Source: Eubacteriales bacterium | GTDB taxonomy: Bacteria; Bacillota; Clostridia; Oscillospirales; CAG-382 | Length of the DNA stretch: 64,000 bases | Assembly: GCA_045589515.1 (NCBI GenBank) | Contig: JAZNPH010000050.1 | Location: 72,880 to 136,879 of the forward strand | Reading direction: 5' to 3' | In this document: positions 35,013 to 44,744 of the stretch, one piece after another | Position numbering within the stretch: position 1 is the first letter of the stretch | How the letters are laid out: each line of letters opens with the position of its first letter | The notes under the pieces: generated by a model | Database searches by the model: none | What the model was told of the DNA's origin: nothing | What the model saw: the letters and a program-made list of their open reading frames with translations, nothing else | Program-made: the position numbers and the translations under genes

Positions 35013-36280
35013 GCGGTGGCACCTCCTTCCAGGAAATATACGGTGTCCAGGCGGATGCTGTTTGCTACCTTGACCACGTCCTCGGCGGTCACCTGCTCCA
35101 TGGCGGCAATAGCCTCCTCAGGGGCGTCGTAACGTCCCGTGGAGATCCTGCCCAGATACCAGGATGCAATGGCGGCGGGACTGTCCGTGATTTCACGGTA
35201 CCCGTTCCGCAAGGAAAGGCGGGCGTTTTCCAGCTCCCTGGGATCGATATGCCCCTGCTTCAGATCCTCCAGCTGCTCCAAAACGGCATCCAGGGTCTTC
35301 TGCTTATTCTTCTGCTCGATACCGCTGACCACCATCAAAAGTCCCTTCAACCCGTCGGGGAAGCTGGAGCAATAGTAGCAAAGGCTTTGCTTTTCCCGCA
35401 CGTTCATAAACAAACGGCTGTTGGGAGAACCGCCGAACACCTCGTTGAACAAGGCCATGGCAGGGAAGTTCCCCTCCTGCAAGGCGTATTCCGTGCGGAA
35501 GCCCAGAGTCATCTTGCATTGGGAGATCCGCATTTGCTCCGTCACGGTGCGGGATTCCTGGGGAAGAGCTCCCAGAGTGGTCTTGGGGAATGCCGCCTCA
35601 CGGGGAGCGAACGGCAAATAGGTCTTGCAAAGGGAGGCAACCTCCTCTTCGCCCTTTCTGCCCACGTAGAACATCTCTACCTTAGCGATGGCCAGCAGGC
35701 TCTTGTAAGCTTCCCAAAGGGTTTGGGGCGTGAGGGCGTTTACGTCCTCAAGATCGCCGCCGTGATCCACGGCGTAGGCTTCTCCCTCGCACATGATCTC
35801 CACACAGCGGGTTCTGGCGTAGGCGGTCTTGTTGTTGATCCGCCCGCGGATATCGTCACACAGGTTCTTCTTTTCCTGCTCTACGTATTCGTTTTTGAAC
35901 ACACCTTTTTCGGTGTAGGGGCGGAAGATCAGCTCCTGCATCAGCTTCATGCCCTCTCCCAGGATCCCCATCCCGTCAAAGGCAAAGCTGTCGTCAATGG
36001 CGGTGAGCTCAAAGGTCACAACCTGGGCTTCCCCCTTCTTCTGTACGAAAGCGCCCAACCCCAGAGAGTACAGGGTATCCTGCTTCTGATTCAGCGCCTG
36101 CATGGTGGGGTAGCTTTCCGTACCCCGCATCAACACGTCGGTCAAAAGGGAGTAGGCGGAAGCCGTTTCCTTCTGCAAGGGAACGAACAGATTCACGGTG
36201 AAGAAGGCCGTCTTGAAGCGGTCCGTGGTCACCGTATTCAGGGCAACGCCCTGCTGTAATTCGGTTCTGCAAAGCTTCAT
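35009..36280 (-). CDS. M16-family peptidase-like protein (no HxxEH motif, probable non-catalytic partner)
   Basis: 423 aa. Overlaps its partner by 4 nt. Insulinase-like length and pattern. Confidence 0.75.
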   Translation of the reverse strand: MKLCRTELQQGVALNTVTTDRFKTAFFTVNLFVPLQKETASAYSLLTDVLMRGTESYPTMQALNQKQDTLYSLGLGAFVQKKGEAQVVTFELTAIDDSFAFDGMGILGEGMKLMQELIFRPYTEKGVFKNEYVEQEKKNLCDDIRGRINNKTAYARTRCVEIMCEGEAYAVDHGGDLEDVNALTPQTLWEAYKSLLAIAKVEMFYVGRKGEEEVASLCKTYLPFAPREAAFPKTTLGALPQESRTVTEQMRISQCKMTLGFRTEYALQEGNFPAMALFNEVFGGSPNSRLFMNVREKQSLCYYCSSFPDGLKGLLMVVSGIEQKNKQKTLDAVLEQLEDLKQGHIDPRELENARLSLRNGYREITDSPAAIASWYLGRISTGRYDAPEEAIAAMEQVTAEDVVKVANSIRLDTVYFLEGGATA

Positions 36281-37470
36281 GAAGCGTCGGTTCCTTCCTT
36301 TTGGTAAATAAACTCGCCGCCCACAACGGTGGCTTCCACATTGATATTTTCGTCAAAGATGGCCAGATCCCCGCGGTAACCTGCCTTGAGTACGCCTCGC
36401 TCCTTGATACCAAAGAGTCTTGCGGGGGTGGCGGTCATCATGCACACGGCGGAGCAAATATCTGCCCCTGCCAGATTCTTCATGTTCCGTACCAGACGGT
36501 CTGCGGTGGCAACGCTTCCTGCAAAGGCCTTGCGGTCGGGCATTTTTGCCACGCCGTCCTCGATAAAGCATTCCTGCCCGTTTTCCAAGGAGCCCAGAAT
36601 GGTCTTGCCCTCCGTCTGCCCTGCACCGCGCATGGCGTCGGTGACCAAAACGGTTCTGTGTACCCCTTTGGAGCGGTAGACCAACTGCAACAGAGTATCG
36701 GGCAGATGCTTGCCGTCGGCAATGATCTCCACGGTGAGGTCGTCGTAGAGATACCCCGCCTCGATGAGACCGGGATGACGGTAGCCGTCGATGCGGACGA
36801 TGGTGCTCATGCCACTGTAAAAATGGGTGAGATGGGTATACCCGTGGGCGAGGGCCTCCTTCGCCACGTCGATGGTGGCGTTGGAATGTCCCATAGAGGG
36901 ATACACACCCCGTTTTCTCAAAGTGTCACCCAGCTCCATGGCGCCGTCAAGCTCGGGAGCCACCGTCCAACGGACGATACAGCCCTCCGCCGCATCCAGC
37001 ACCTTGTTGTAGTGGGCGGGATTGGGAACCTGCAGGTATTTCTCATCCTGGGCGCCCTTCTGGTCGGCGGAGAAATAGGGCCCCTCTAAGTGCATACCGT
37101 AAAGGTAAGCGCCGTTGTAGGGGGTATTCTGCGCCTTTTTCAGGGTGACGAAGGATTCAAACAGCTCCTCGTCAGGGCAGGTCAACGTGGTGGGCAGAAT
37201 GGTGGTGGTGCCGTGCTTTCCGTGAAGCGTAGCCGCCCCGATAAAGGCCTCCAGGGTGCCGTCCATGTAGTCGTAACCGCCGCCGCCGTGCTGATGCACG
37301 TCGATAAAACCGGGAGAGATGTACTTGCCCGTGTAATCGTGGATCACGTGAGAGCCGTCGTCCTTGCGGCGGACTCCCGCGTAGGTGATCACGCCGTTTT
37401 CACAGCAAACCTCGCCGTCCTTGATCACCGCGTTGGGGAAGAGCAGATTGCCGATAAATTTCCGTTTCAT
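36277..37470 (-). CDS. nagA: N-acetylglucosamine-6-phosphate deacetylase-like amidohydrolase
   Basis: PGFIDVHQHGGGGYD, and the later HLEGPY. Confidence 0.8.
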   Translation of the reverse strand: MKRKFIGNLLFPNAVIKDGEVCCENGVITYAGVRRKDDGSHVIHDYTGKYISPGFIDVHQHGGGGYDYMDGTLEAFIGAATLHGKHGTTTILPTTLTCPDEELFESFVTLKKAQNTPYNGAYLYGMHLEGPYFSADQKGAQDEKYLQVPNPAHYNKVLDAAEGCIVRWTVAPELDGAMELGDTLRKRGVYPSMGHSNATIDVAKEALAHGYTHLTHFYSGMSTIVRIDGYRHPGLIEAGYLYDDLTVEIIADGKHLPDTLLQLVYRSKGVHRTVLVTDAMRGAGQTEGKTILGSLENGQECFIEDGVAKMPDRKAFAGSVATADRLVRNMKNLAGADICSAVCMMTATPARLFGIKERGVLKAGYRGDLAIFDENINVEATVVGGEFIYQKEGTDAS

Positions 37471-37485
37471 AAGCTGTTTTTTTCC

Positions 37486-37965
37486 TTATACCTGTTTGAT
37501 AATCAACGCCACGGCGTGGGAGGCAATGCCCTCCTCCCGTCCGGAAAAGCCAAGACGCTCCTCCGTGGTGGCTTTCACGTTCACTTGCTCCGCCGTAATT
37601 CCCAGACAAGCGGCAATGTTTTCCGCCATGGTGGGGATATAGCTTGCCAGCTTGGGCTTCTGGGCGATGACGGTGGCGTCGATATTCCCCACGGTGTAGC
37701 CCTTTTCTGCCAAAAGCTTGCCGCAATGCTTCAAAAGCAAGGTGGAATCAATGCCCTTGTAGGCAGGATCGCTGTCGGGGAAGTGCTTGCCGATATCACC
37801 CAACCCTGCGGCACCCAGCAAGGCGTCGCACACGGCGTGCAAAAGCACGTCCGCATCGGAATGTCCCAAAAGGCCCAGAGCGTGGGGAATCTCCACACCG
37901 CCCAGGATCAGTTTTCTGTCTTCTACCAGGCGGTGAACGTCGTAGCCGTGGCCGATTCGTATCAT
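37486..37965 (-). CDS. ispF: 2-C-methyl-D-erythritol 2,4-cyclodiphosphate synthase
   Basis: [11 protein letters not shown]....LILGGV.I....[14 protein letters not shown]. Confidence 0.96.
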   Translation of the reverse strand: MIRIGHGYDVHRLVEDRKLILGGVEIPHALGLLGHSDADVLLHAVCDALLGAAGLGDIGKHFPDSDPAYKGIDSTLLLKHCGKLLAEKGYTVGNIDATVIAQKPKLASYIPTMAENIAACLGITAEQVNVKATTEERLGFSGREEGIASHAVALIIKQV

Positions 37966-38672
37966 ACGCTTTGTTCTTTCGCTTTCTCCACCAGAAGCAT
38001 CGCCTTTGCCAGGATGATGTCCTCCTTGGTGGTCAATTTGATATTGCGGGGATCGGTGTGAACATATTCCACTGTAGCTCCCGCCGCCTCCAGCATGGAG
38101 GTCTCGTCGGTGAAGATCCCGCCCTGTTTGGTGGCCATGGCGTATGCCACGGTGTAGCCGTCTTTTTTGAAGACCTGGGGCGTTTGTACCGCCAGCAGGT
38201 GATCACGATTGGGAGTATACACCGTCTTATGCTCCGTATCCACGAATTTAACGGTATCCGTCACAGGAGAGCAGGCGGTGGCCGCTCCCGTTTTCTTCGC
38301 TCCTTCAATGACGGCGGCAATGATCTCCGGCGTCACGAAAGGACGTGCGCAATCATGCACGCAGGCGTAGGAAACGCCCGGGGACATTTGACACACTCCT
38401 GCAAAAACAGACTCACTGCGGGTCTTACCGCCTTCGCAGAAGCGAAGGGGAACGGAAGGGCTGTAACGCCCTGCCAAAAGCCGTAAACGGGGAAGATTTT
38501 CCCCGCCTACCACTACGATCTCGTCCACGGGGGAGGCGAGAAACGCCTCCAATACCCGCTCGAACAAGGTTTTACCGTTCAGCTTGATCTCCGGCTTGGA
38601 GACCCCGCCCATTCGCGTACCGCTTCCCGCGGCAACGATGATCCCGCAAACGGAATCAGCCTTCATACTCAT
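37962..38672 (-). CDS. ispD: 2-C-methyl-D-erythritol 4-phosphate cytidylyltransferase
   Basis: [13 protein letters not shown]-terminus and VHDCARPF. Confidence 0.93.
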   Translation of the reverse strand: MSMKADSVCGIIVAAGSGTRMGGVSKPEIKLNGKTLFERVLEAFLASPVDEIVVVGGENLPRLRLLAGRYSPSVPLRFCEGGKTRSESVFAGVCQMSPGVSYACVHDCARPFVTPEIIAAVIEGAKKTGAATACSPVTDTVKFVDTEHKTVYTPNRDHLLAVQTPQVFKKDGYTVAYAMATKQGGIFTDETSMLEAAGATVEYVHTDPRNIKLTTKEDIILAKAMLLVEKAKEQSV

Positions 38673-39189
38673 AGCCGATGGTGAACGCCTTGGCGTTCAT
38701 TTCCCCCAGCTCGGGCTTCGCCTTGGGGGAGGCGGCGCGAAGGCTTTCGCGGAAGTACTCGCCGTCAAACAGCCCGGTCTCCTTCATCAGCTTGCCCAGC
38801 ATAATGCAGTTTGCCAGCTTGGGGAAGCCGTTCTCGTTTGCCAGCTTGGTAGCGGGCACGCCGCAGGACTTGATGTCTGCGCGGATCTCATCGGGCGTGA
38901 CCAGAGAGGAGTCGTATACCACGGTGCCGCCTTTGGCTACCTTGGAAACGAACTTATCGTAAGAGGGCTTGTTCATAGCCAACAGAATGTCGGGGGTGGT
39001 GACCAGGGGAGAGCCGATGGGCTCTTCGTCTATGTTCACCGAGCAGTTGCAGGTACCGCCGCGCATTTCGGGGCCGTAGGAGGGAAGCCAGCTGACTTCC
39101 TTGCCGTTCTTCATGCCTGCCACGATCAACTGCTTGCCGGCAAACAGAATACCCTGTCCGCCGAAGCCTGCCAAAAGAATGCCTGCCAT
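38656..39189 (-). CDS. 2-oxoacid:ferredoxin oxidoreductase, gamma subunit
   Basis: ILLAGFGGQGILFAGK N-terminus. Confidence 0.9.
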   Translation of the reverse strand: MAGILLAGFGGQGILFAGKQLIVAGMKNGKEVSWLPSYGPEMRGGTCNCSVNIDEEPIGSPLVTTPDILLAMNKPSYDKFVSKVAKGGTVVYDSSLVTPDEIRADIKSCGVPATKLANENGFPKLANCIMLGKLMKETGLFDGEYFRESLRAASPKAKPELGEMNAKAFTIGYEYEG

Positions 39190-39938
39190 CAGTTCTGTTC
39201 CTCCTTTGTGATATCCTTATAAACACCCAAGGGGTAGTGGGGCATCATGTTCTCTCTCAGCCACTCCAGAGCCTTCTCGGGAGAGAGACCCCAGTTGGTG
39301 GGACAGGTGGAAAGCACTTCCACGATGGAAAGCCCCTTCTTTTCCTGCTGGAGGGTGAATGCCTTCTTGATGGCCGCCTTGGCCTTGCGCACGTTCTGCA
39401 CGGTGTCCACCGCAACGCGCTCTGCGTAAGCGGTGCCGTCCAGCGTGGCCATCATCTCGCAAACGCGGATGGGGTTGCCCTGAAGCTTCTGATCTCTGCC
39501 GTAGGGAGAGGTGGTGGTTACCTGTCCCAGCAGAGTGGTGGGAGCCATCTGACCGCCGGTCATACCGTAGATGGCGTTGTTGATAAAAATGATGGTAATG
39601 TTTTCCCCTCTTGCGCCCACGTGGACGGTCTCAGCCGTACCGATGGCCGCCAGGTCACCGTCACCCTGGTAGGTGAACACGGTGAGGTCGGGGTTGGAGC
39701 GCTTCACACCGGTAGCCACTGCGGGGGCTCTGCCGTGTGCCGCTTCGATCATATCACAGTTGAAATAGTTGTAAGCAAAAACGGAGCATCCTACGGGAGC
39801 AACGCCAACGGTGGTGCCCTCCACGCCCAGCTCGTCGATGACCTCTGCCACCAGACGATGCACGATACCGTGGGTACAGCCGGGGCAGTAATGGAAGGGA
39901 ACGTCCGTCAATGCATGGGGCTTTTCAAAAACGATCAT
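39189..39938 (-). CDS. 2-oxoacid:ferredoxin oxidoreductase, beta (TPP-binding) subunit
   Basis: YCPGCTHG and GDGD..AIG motifs. Confidence 0.9.
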   Translation of the reverse strand: MIVFEKPHALTDVPFHYCPGCTHGIVHRLVAEVIDELGVEGTTVGVAPVGCSVFAYNYFNCDMIEAAHGRAPAVATGVKRSNPDLTVFTYQGDGDLAAIGTAETVHVGARGENITIIFINNAIYGMTGGQMAPTTLLGQVTTTSPYGRDQKLQGNPIRVCEMMATLDGTAYAERVAVDTVQNVRKAKAAIKKAFTLQQEKKGLSIVEVLSTCPTNWGLSPEKALEWLRENMMPHYPLGVYKDITKEEQN

Positions 39939-41002
39939 CAGTTGTCACCTCCAACTGCTTTCTTGATGTGGACGAGAATTTCGTCCGGGGTGGGGATCAT
40001 GCCGCCGGTTCTGCCGAAGTGGGAAACGGGCTTTGCGCAATCGATGGCCAGCTTCACGTCGCCCAGCATCTGGCCCATGTTCATTTCCACAGACAGGAAC
40101 GCCTTTGCGGTTGCGGAAAGAGCCTTCAGTTCCTTGGAGGGGAAGGGCCACAGGGTAATGGGACGGAACAAGCCCGCCTTGATGCCCTGCTCTCTCGCCA
40201 TACGTACGGCGGTCTTTGCGATTCTTGCGGTGATGCCGTAGGCTACCACCACGATGTCTGCGTCCTCGGTGAGATAGGTATCGTACTTGACTTCCTTCTC
40301 CTCGATCTCCGCATAGCGCTCAAAGCGATCCAGAACGGTCTGCTCCAATTCCTCGGGCGCGATGTACAAAGAGTTTACCACGTTGTGCTTTCTTGCATTC
40401 TTGTGGCCGTTGGTTGCCCAGGTCTTTGCGGGGATCTCTCTGGGGGTATGTGCGCCGAAGTCCACAGGCTCCATCATCTGTCCCAAAGCGCCGTCTGCCA
40501 GAATCATACAGGGCATACGGTAGATATCCGCCAGGTCAAAAGCTTCCCCGGTGAGGGATGCCATCTCCTGCACGGAGTTGGGTGCCAGGACGATGACGTG
40601 CTGGTCGCCGTGACCCAAGCCGCGGATGGCCTGGTTATAGTCGGACTGAGCAGGCTGAATACCGCCCAGACCGGGACCGCCTCGCTGGACGTTTACCAGA
40701 ACGCAGGGCAGGTCACTGCCGATGATGTAGGAAATACCCTCGCTCATCAGGGACACGCCGGGAGAGGAGGTGGAGGTGATGCAACGGCTGCCGGTTGCGG
40801 CGGCACCGTAGATCATATTAATGGCGGAGACTTCACTCTCTGCCTGCAAGCACATGCCGTCTCTCTTGGGCAGCTGCTTTGCCATATATTCCGCAAGCTC
40901 GGTTTGCGGGGTGATGGGGTAGCCGAAGAACAGCTTACAGCCTGCACGGATGGCGGCTTCTGCCAGGGCTTCGTTACCCTTCATTAACAATTTCTCGCTC
41001 AT
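39938..41002 (-). CDS. 2-oxoacid:ferredoxin oxidoreductase, alpha subunit
   Basis: MKGNEALAEAAIRAGC..FFGYPITPQTE. Confidence 0.9.
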   Translation of the reverse strand: MSEKLLMKGNEALAEAAIRAGCKLFFGYPITPQTELAEYMAKQLPKRDGMCLQAESEVSAINMIYGAAATGSRCITSTSSPGVSLMSEGISYIIGSDLPCVLVNVQRGGPGLGGIQPAQSDYNQAIRGLGHGDQHVIVLAPNSVQEMASLTGEAFDLADIYRMPCMILADGALGQMMEPVDFGAHTPREIPAKTWATNGHKNARKHNVVNSLYIAPEELEQTVLDRFERYAEIEEKEVKYDTYLTEDADIVVVAYGITARIAKTAVRMAREQGIKAGLFRPITLWPFPSKELKALSATAKAFLSVEMNMGQMLGDVKLAIDCAKPVSHFGRTGGMIPTPDEILVHIKKAVGGDN

Positions 41003-41026
41003 GATGGTTCCTCTTTTCTGTGGGTT

Positions 41027-41239
41027 TTACACGTTTTTCTCAACGGTGATCACCAGGTCGGGGCACATGGTTGCGCACATGGCACAGCCTAAGCACTTAT
41101 CCATTTCCTGCACACCTGCGGGGTGATACCCCTTGGCATTGAGAAGCTTTTCTTCCAATGCAATGATCTTCTTGGGGCAAGCCAGGACACAAAGTCCGCA
41201 ACCCTTGCAAAGATCGGTTTTGAACGATACTCTGTTCAT
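41027..41239 (-). CDS. 2-oxoacid:ferredoxin oxidoreductase, delta subunit (2x[4Fe-4S] ferredoxin)
   Basis: CKGCGLCVLACP and CLGCAMCATMCP. Confidence 0.9.
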   Translation of the reverse strand: MNRVSFKTDLCKGCGLCVLACPKKIIALEEKLLNAKGYHPAGVQEMDKCLGCAMCATMCPDLVITVEKNV

Positions 41240-41285
41240 AACAAAGGCCTTTCTTGGGTTTCTCTATGTTTTTGTTTTTTTTTCT

Positions 41286-41936
41286 TCAAAATAATTTCCT
41301 GGTCACGTCCCGAATGGGAACGCCGCCTTCGGGCAGGTTCTCGGGGAAGGCGGTGACCGCCGCCAGGGGAAGCCCCGTAAGACGGCAAAGCTCTTCGCAG
41401 GAAGCGAAGGAAGCCTCCACGTCCTCTCTCGTGGTCTCCGCCCCCAAATTGGAGTTGTTGATGATGCCGCAGAACCGCATACGGGAGGACTTTTCGATCT
41501 CCCGCAGCATTTCTGCCGCGGCACGGGGGTCGGAGATATAGGGGCGGTAATAGTTATACACGTAGTACATGGAATAGCCGCAGCTTTCGTACTTGTCGCG
41601 GTGTACGCCCAGAGCCGTGGCACCGTCCCCGTCGCCCCCCACGTCGATAACGGCGCATTCGTCGGTGACGAATACCGAGCCGTATTCTTTAGGCAGGGAG
41701 GGGATGTCCACGTTGGTATTGGCAAATTCCGGGAGGATGGGGCGCACCCCCGCCTCCTTCAGCTGTTTTTCGTTGTCTGCGGAGCGGAAGTAGGGGTTCA
41801 CGATGTCCAGATCCACCAGACAGCATTTTTTGCCCTCTTCTGCCAGGGCAAGGGCCAGGTTTACGGCAATATTGGTCTTGCCGCAACCGAAATGTCCCGC
41901 AATCACGGTGATGCGGTTTTGCAAAAGTCGTTTCAT
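41286..41936 (-). CDS. MinD/ParA/CooC-like P-loop ATPase, function unknown
   Basis: Deviant Walker A VIAGHFGCGKTN, then CCLVDLDIVNP and VIDVGGD. Confidence 0.7.
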   Translation of the reverse strand: MKRLLQNRITVIAGHFGCGKTNIAVNLALALAEEGKKCCLVDLDIVNPYFRSADNEKQLKEAGVRPILPEFANTNVDIPSLPKEYGSVFVTDECAVIDVGGDGDGATALGVHRDKYESCGYSMYYVYNYYRPYISDPRAAAEMLREIEKSSRMRFCGIINNSNLGAETTREDVEASFASCEELCRLTGLPLAAVTAFPENLPEGGVPIRDVTRKLF

Positions 41937-41941
41937 GGGTC

Positions 41942-43159
41942 TTACAGTCCTCGGATGAGATCCCCGGCCTTGGCGTTTTCCACCCGCAGATAGAAGGCCA
42001 TGCGGGGATGCTTGGTGTCGTTTATGGGGTTTCCGTCCTTGTCAAACAGCTCCGTCACGGTGATGTCTCGCCCGGTGGTGCCGGGGGAAAGGAGATTTGC
42101 TATGTCTCCAATCTGCATTTTGTTGAACTGCTCGCAAAGGGCAAGCCCCGTTTCGGGGTTATAGTCTTTGACCACTGCCAAAAAGGCACGGTCCTTCAGA
42201 TATACGTTGTTCCCCACGATGTTGGCGTTTTCGTGAGGGTTGCCGTAGAAGTAGCCGGTGGCGTACTCCCTGTGGGAGACGCTTTCCACCTCCGCCATGT
42301 AAGCGGGGTCAAAGGGCTTACCGTCGTAGTAATCGTCCAGCGCCATACGGTAGGCGTTGGTCACCGCGGCGGTATAATAGGCGCTTTTCACTCTGCCCTC
42401 GATCTTCAAGGAATCCAATCCCGCCTCGGCCAGCTCTCCGATATGGTCGATCATACACAGATCCTTGGAGGAGAAGAGATAGGTTCCGTATTCATCCTGC
42501 TCCGCAGAGATCACGTCCTCGGGACGCTTTTCCTCGTGGACGTAATACTTCCAGCGGCAGGGCTGGGCGCAGGCGCCTCCGTTGGCGTCTCTCCCCGCAA
42601 AGTAGTTGGAAAGCAGGCATCTTCCGGAATAGGAAACGCACATGGCGCCGTGAACGAAGGCCTCCAGCTCCAATTCCGCGGGAATGTTCTTGCGGATGGC
42701 CTTGATCTCCGCCAGAGAAAGCTCTCTTGCCAGCACGATACGCTTCACCCCCTGGCGGTGCCAGAATCGGCAGGCGGCGGCGTTTACCGTGCTTGCTTGG
42801 GTGGAGAGATGCAATTCGGGGTCTTGGGCGTTGGCCTTGATGCAATCCATCACCCCGGGGTCGGAGACGATGTAAGCGTCCGGCTTCAATTCGTCCGCTT
42901 CTGCGATGAAGCGGGGAAGATCACCGAACTCCCCTTCGTGGGGCATGACGTTCACCGTCAGGTAGACCTTTTTGCCTTTGCTGTGGGCGTAGTCGATGGC
43001 GGAGGCGAGAGATTCTTTTGTAAAGTTATCCGCCGCACGGCGCATTCCGAACCGCTCCAGGGCGCAATATACCGCATCGGCGCCGTAATCCACGGCGAAG
43101 CGGAGCTTTTCGGGATTCCCCGCAGGGGAAAGAATCTCGGGTTTTCTTCTCTCAGTCAT
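41942..43159 (-). CDS. U32-family peptidase-like protein
   Basis: PEILSPAGN.EKL..A...GADAVY N-terminus, 405 aa. Confidence 0.88.
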   Translation of the reverse strand: MTERRKPEILSPAGNPEKLRFAVDYGADAVYCALERFGMRRAADNFTKESLASAIDYAHSKGKKVYLTVNVMPHEGEFGDLPRFIAEADELKPDAYIVSDPGVMDCIKANAQDPELHLSTQASTVNAAACRFWHRQGVKRIVLARELSLAEIKAIRKNIPAELELEAFVHGAMCVSYSGRCLLSNYFAGRDANGGACAQPCRWKYYVHEEKRPEDVISAEQDEYGTYLFSSKDLCMIDHIGELAEAGLDSLKIEGRVKSAYYTAAVTNAYRMALDDYYDGKPFDPAYMAEVESVSHREYATGYFYGNPHENANIVGNNVYLKDRAFLAVVKDYNPETGLALCEQFNKMQIGDIANLLSPGTTGRDITVTELFDKDGNPINDTKHPRMAFYLRVENAKAGDLIRGL

Positions 43160-44732
43160 TTTCTTCTTTTCCTGCCTTCAAGGCCTCGTTTTCCTGCCGT
43201 ACACGCTCCACGTTCTTCAGATGCCCCGGAAGGGTAGAGGCGTAATAGGTCTGCCCCAGGTCGTTGCTGACGAAGAAGAAGACGTCCATATATTCGCCGT
43301 CCTCATCGTAGGGAGGGGAGGGGTAGATGGCAGCAAGGATGGCATCCAGACCCGCGTTGCAGATGGCTCCGGGAGGCAGTCCTTCATTGGTATAGGTGTT
43401 ATAGGGGCTGGGGAAGCTCTTGTCGATCTGGGAGGCGTCTTGAATACGGTCCATTCCCGCCAGCTCCAATGCGTACTGAATGGTGGCATCGCTTTCCAAC
43501 AGGGGGAAGGACTCCTTGTGGGTGAGTCGGTTGTGGAACACGTAGGAGATATACTCGAAATCCTCCGCCGTTTTTCCTTCCGCCTCCACCATGGAGGAAA
43601 TGGTCACGATGTCGTCCAGGGTGTAGCCCTTCTCCTCGCAGAAGGATGCGTAAGTGGTCTTCCAGTCGATCCATACCTTGGCGTTAAAGTTATTGAGCAG
43701 CTTATTGATGGCCAGGTATTCCTCGGTATCGGTATAGAAATCGTAGGTGTCGGGATACAAATACCCCTCCAGACGGTAAACGCGGTTTTCGTTCCAGCCG
43801 CTTTCGTCCAGAATTTTCACAAACTCATGCTTGTAGGGATAGTTGTTGATGGCTTCCACAAACCCTTCCTTGGTGCCCACGCCGTTCTTGACAAACAGCT
43901 CGATGATATCGTCCACCGTAAAGCCCTCGGGAATGGTGAGGGTCACAACCTCCCGCACTCGTACGGGAGTGGTCAGGGCAGCCAACAGCTGGATATAGTT
44001 CATGGATACGTTCAAAGTGTGTTCTCCGGGGATGAAGGTAATCTCTTCGCCGTCGCCGGAATATTTCAAATAAACGGAGAACGCCCAGTCGTATTCGATG
44101 AGTCCGTTTTCATACAGGATCTGCGCAACCTCTTCATTGGTGGCGTTTGCCGGTAGCGTGACGGTGATCTCCGCATCCCCCTTGACCAACGCAAATACGT
44201 CGTTGCCAACGGTGAGCACGTAATAGGAAAGATATGCAGCGATGATCAGCACGATGGCGATATACAAAGCGGCCTTCAAAAGGAAGCTCATCCCGGCAAC
44301 ACCGCGCCAAAGCTTCCGCAAGGCTCTCAGGGGCAGAGGCAGACGGAGGTCGTCCTCTTCCTCCTCTTCATCTTCCTCTTCTTCCTCCTCTTCTGCGGGA
44401 AGAGCTTGCTCCTCCTCGGGCAGGGGAGGCTCATCTCCCAAGCTTTCGGAAAAATGAGAGGAAATGCCCATATCCTCTTCCGAGACTGAGTCTGCGAAAT
44501 GGTTTTTCACGGCACTTTCGGAGATGCCGATGGAGTCTTCGTCTCCGGTGGGTGTTGCTCTTCCGGAAGCGGAATCCGAAGGAAGCTCTACCCGGGTTTT
44601 GGCCTCTACCACCCGGGTATCGGCGGGGAGAGTGGGCTCTTCCCCATGGGAAGGCTTTTCTTTTTTCTTCTTGCGGTATTCCGCAAGAATCTCTTCCAGC
44701 TCTTCATTTTTTGAGAAACGTCCGTCTTCCAT
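43152..44732 (-). CDS. mltG: endolytic murein transglycosylase MltG (YceG-like) with a long acidic N-terminal region
   Basis: C-terminal YceG core (LEGYLYPDTY, ASMVEAE-like SSMVEAE, NTY...GLPPG). The N-terminus contains a poly-Glu tract. Confidence 0.88.
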   Translation of the reverse strand: MEDGRFSKNEELEEILAEYRKKKKEKPSHGEEPTLPADTRVVEAKTRVELPSDSASGRATPTGDEDSIGISESAVKNHFADSVSEEDMGISSHFSESLGDEPPLPEEEQALPAEEEEEEEDEEEEEDDLRLPLPLRALRKLWRGVAGMSFLLKAALYIAIVLIIAAYLSYYVLTVGNDVFALVKGDAEITVTLPANATNEEVAQILYENGLIEYDWAFSVYLKYSGDGEEITFIPGEHTLNVSMNYIQLLAALTTPVRVREVVTLTIPEGFTVDDIIELFVKNGVGTKEGFVEAINNYPYKHEFVKILDESGWNENRVYRLEGYLYPDTYDFYTDTEEYLAINKLLNNFNAKVWIDWKTTYASFCEEKGYTLDDIVTISSMVEAEGKTAEDFEYISYVFHNRLTHKESFPLLESDATIQYALELAGMDRIQDASQIDKSFPSPYNTYTNEGLPPGAICNAGLDAILAAIYPSPPYDEDGEYMDVFFFVSNDLGQTYYASTLPGHLKNVERVRQENEALKAGKEEND

Positions 44733-44744
44733 TGGAATACCTCC

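Noticed and set aside
44330-44405. An apparent GAA/GAG/GAT trinucleotide tandem repeat.
   Set aside because: It is the in-frame poly-Glu/Asp tract (EEEEEEDEEEEEDD) of the MltG N-terminal region on the minus strand. This is coding low complexity, not a non-coding repeat array.
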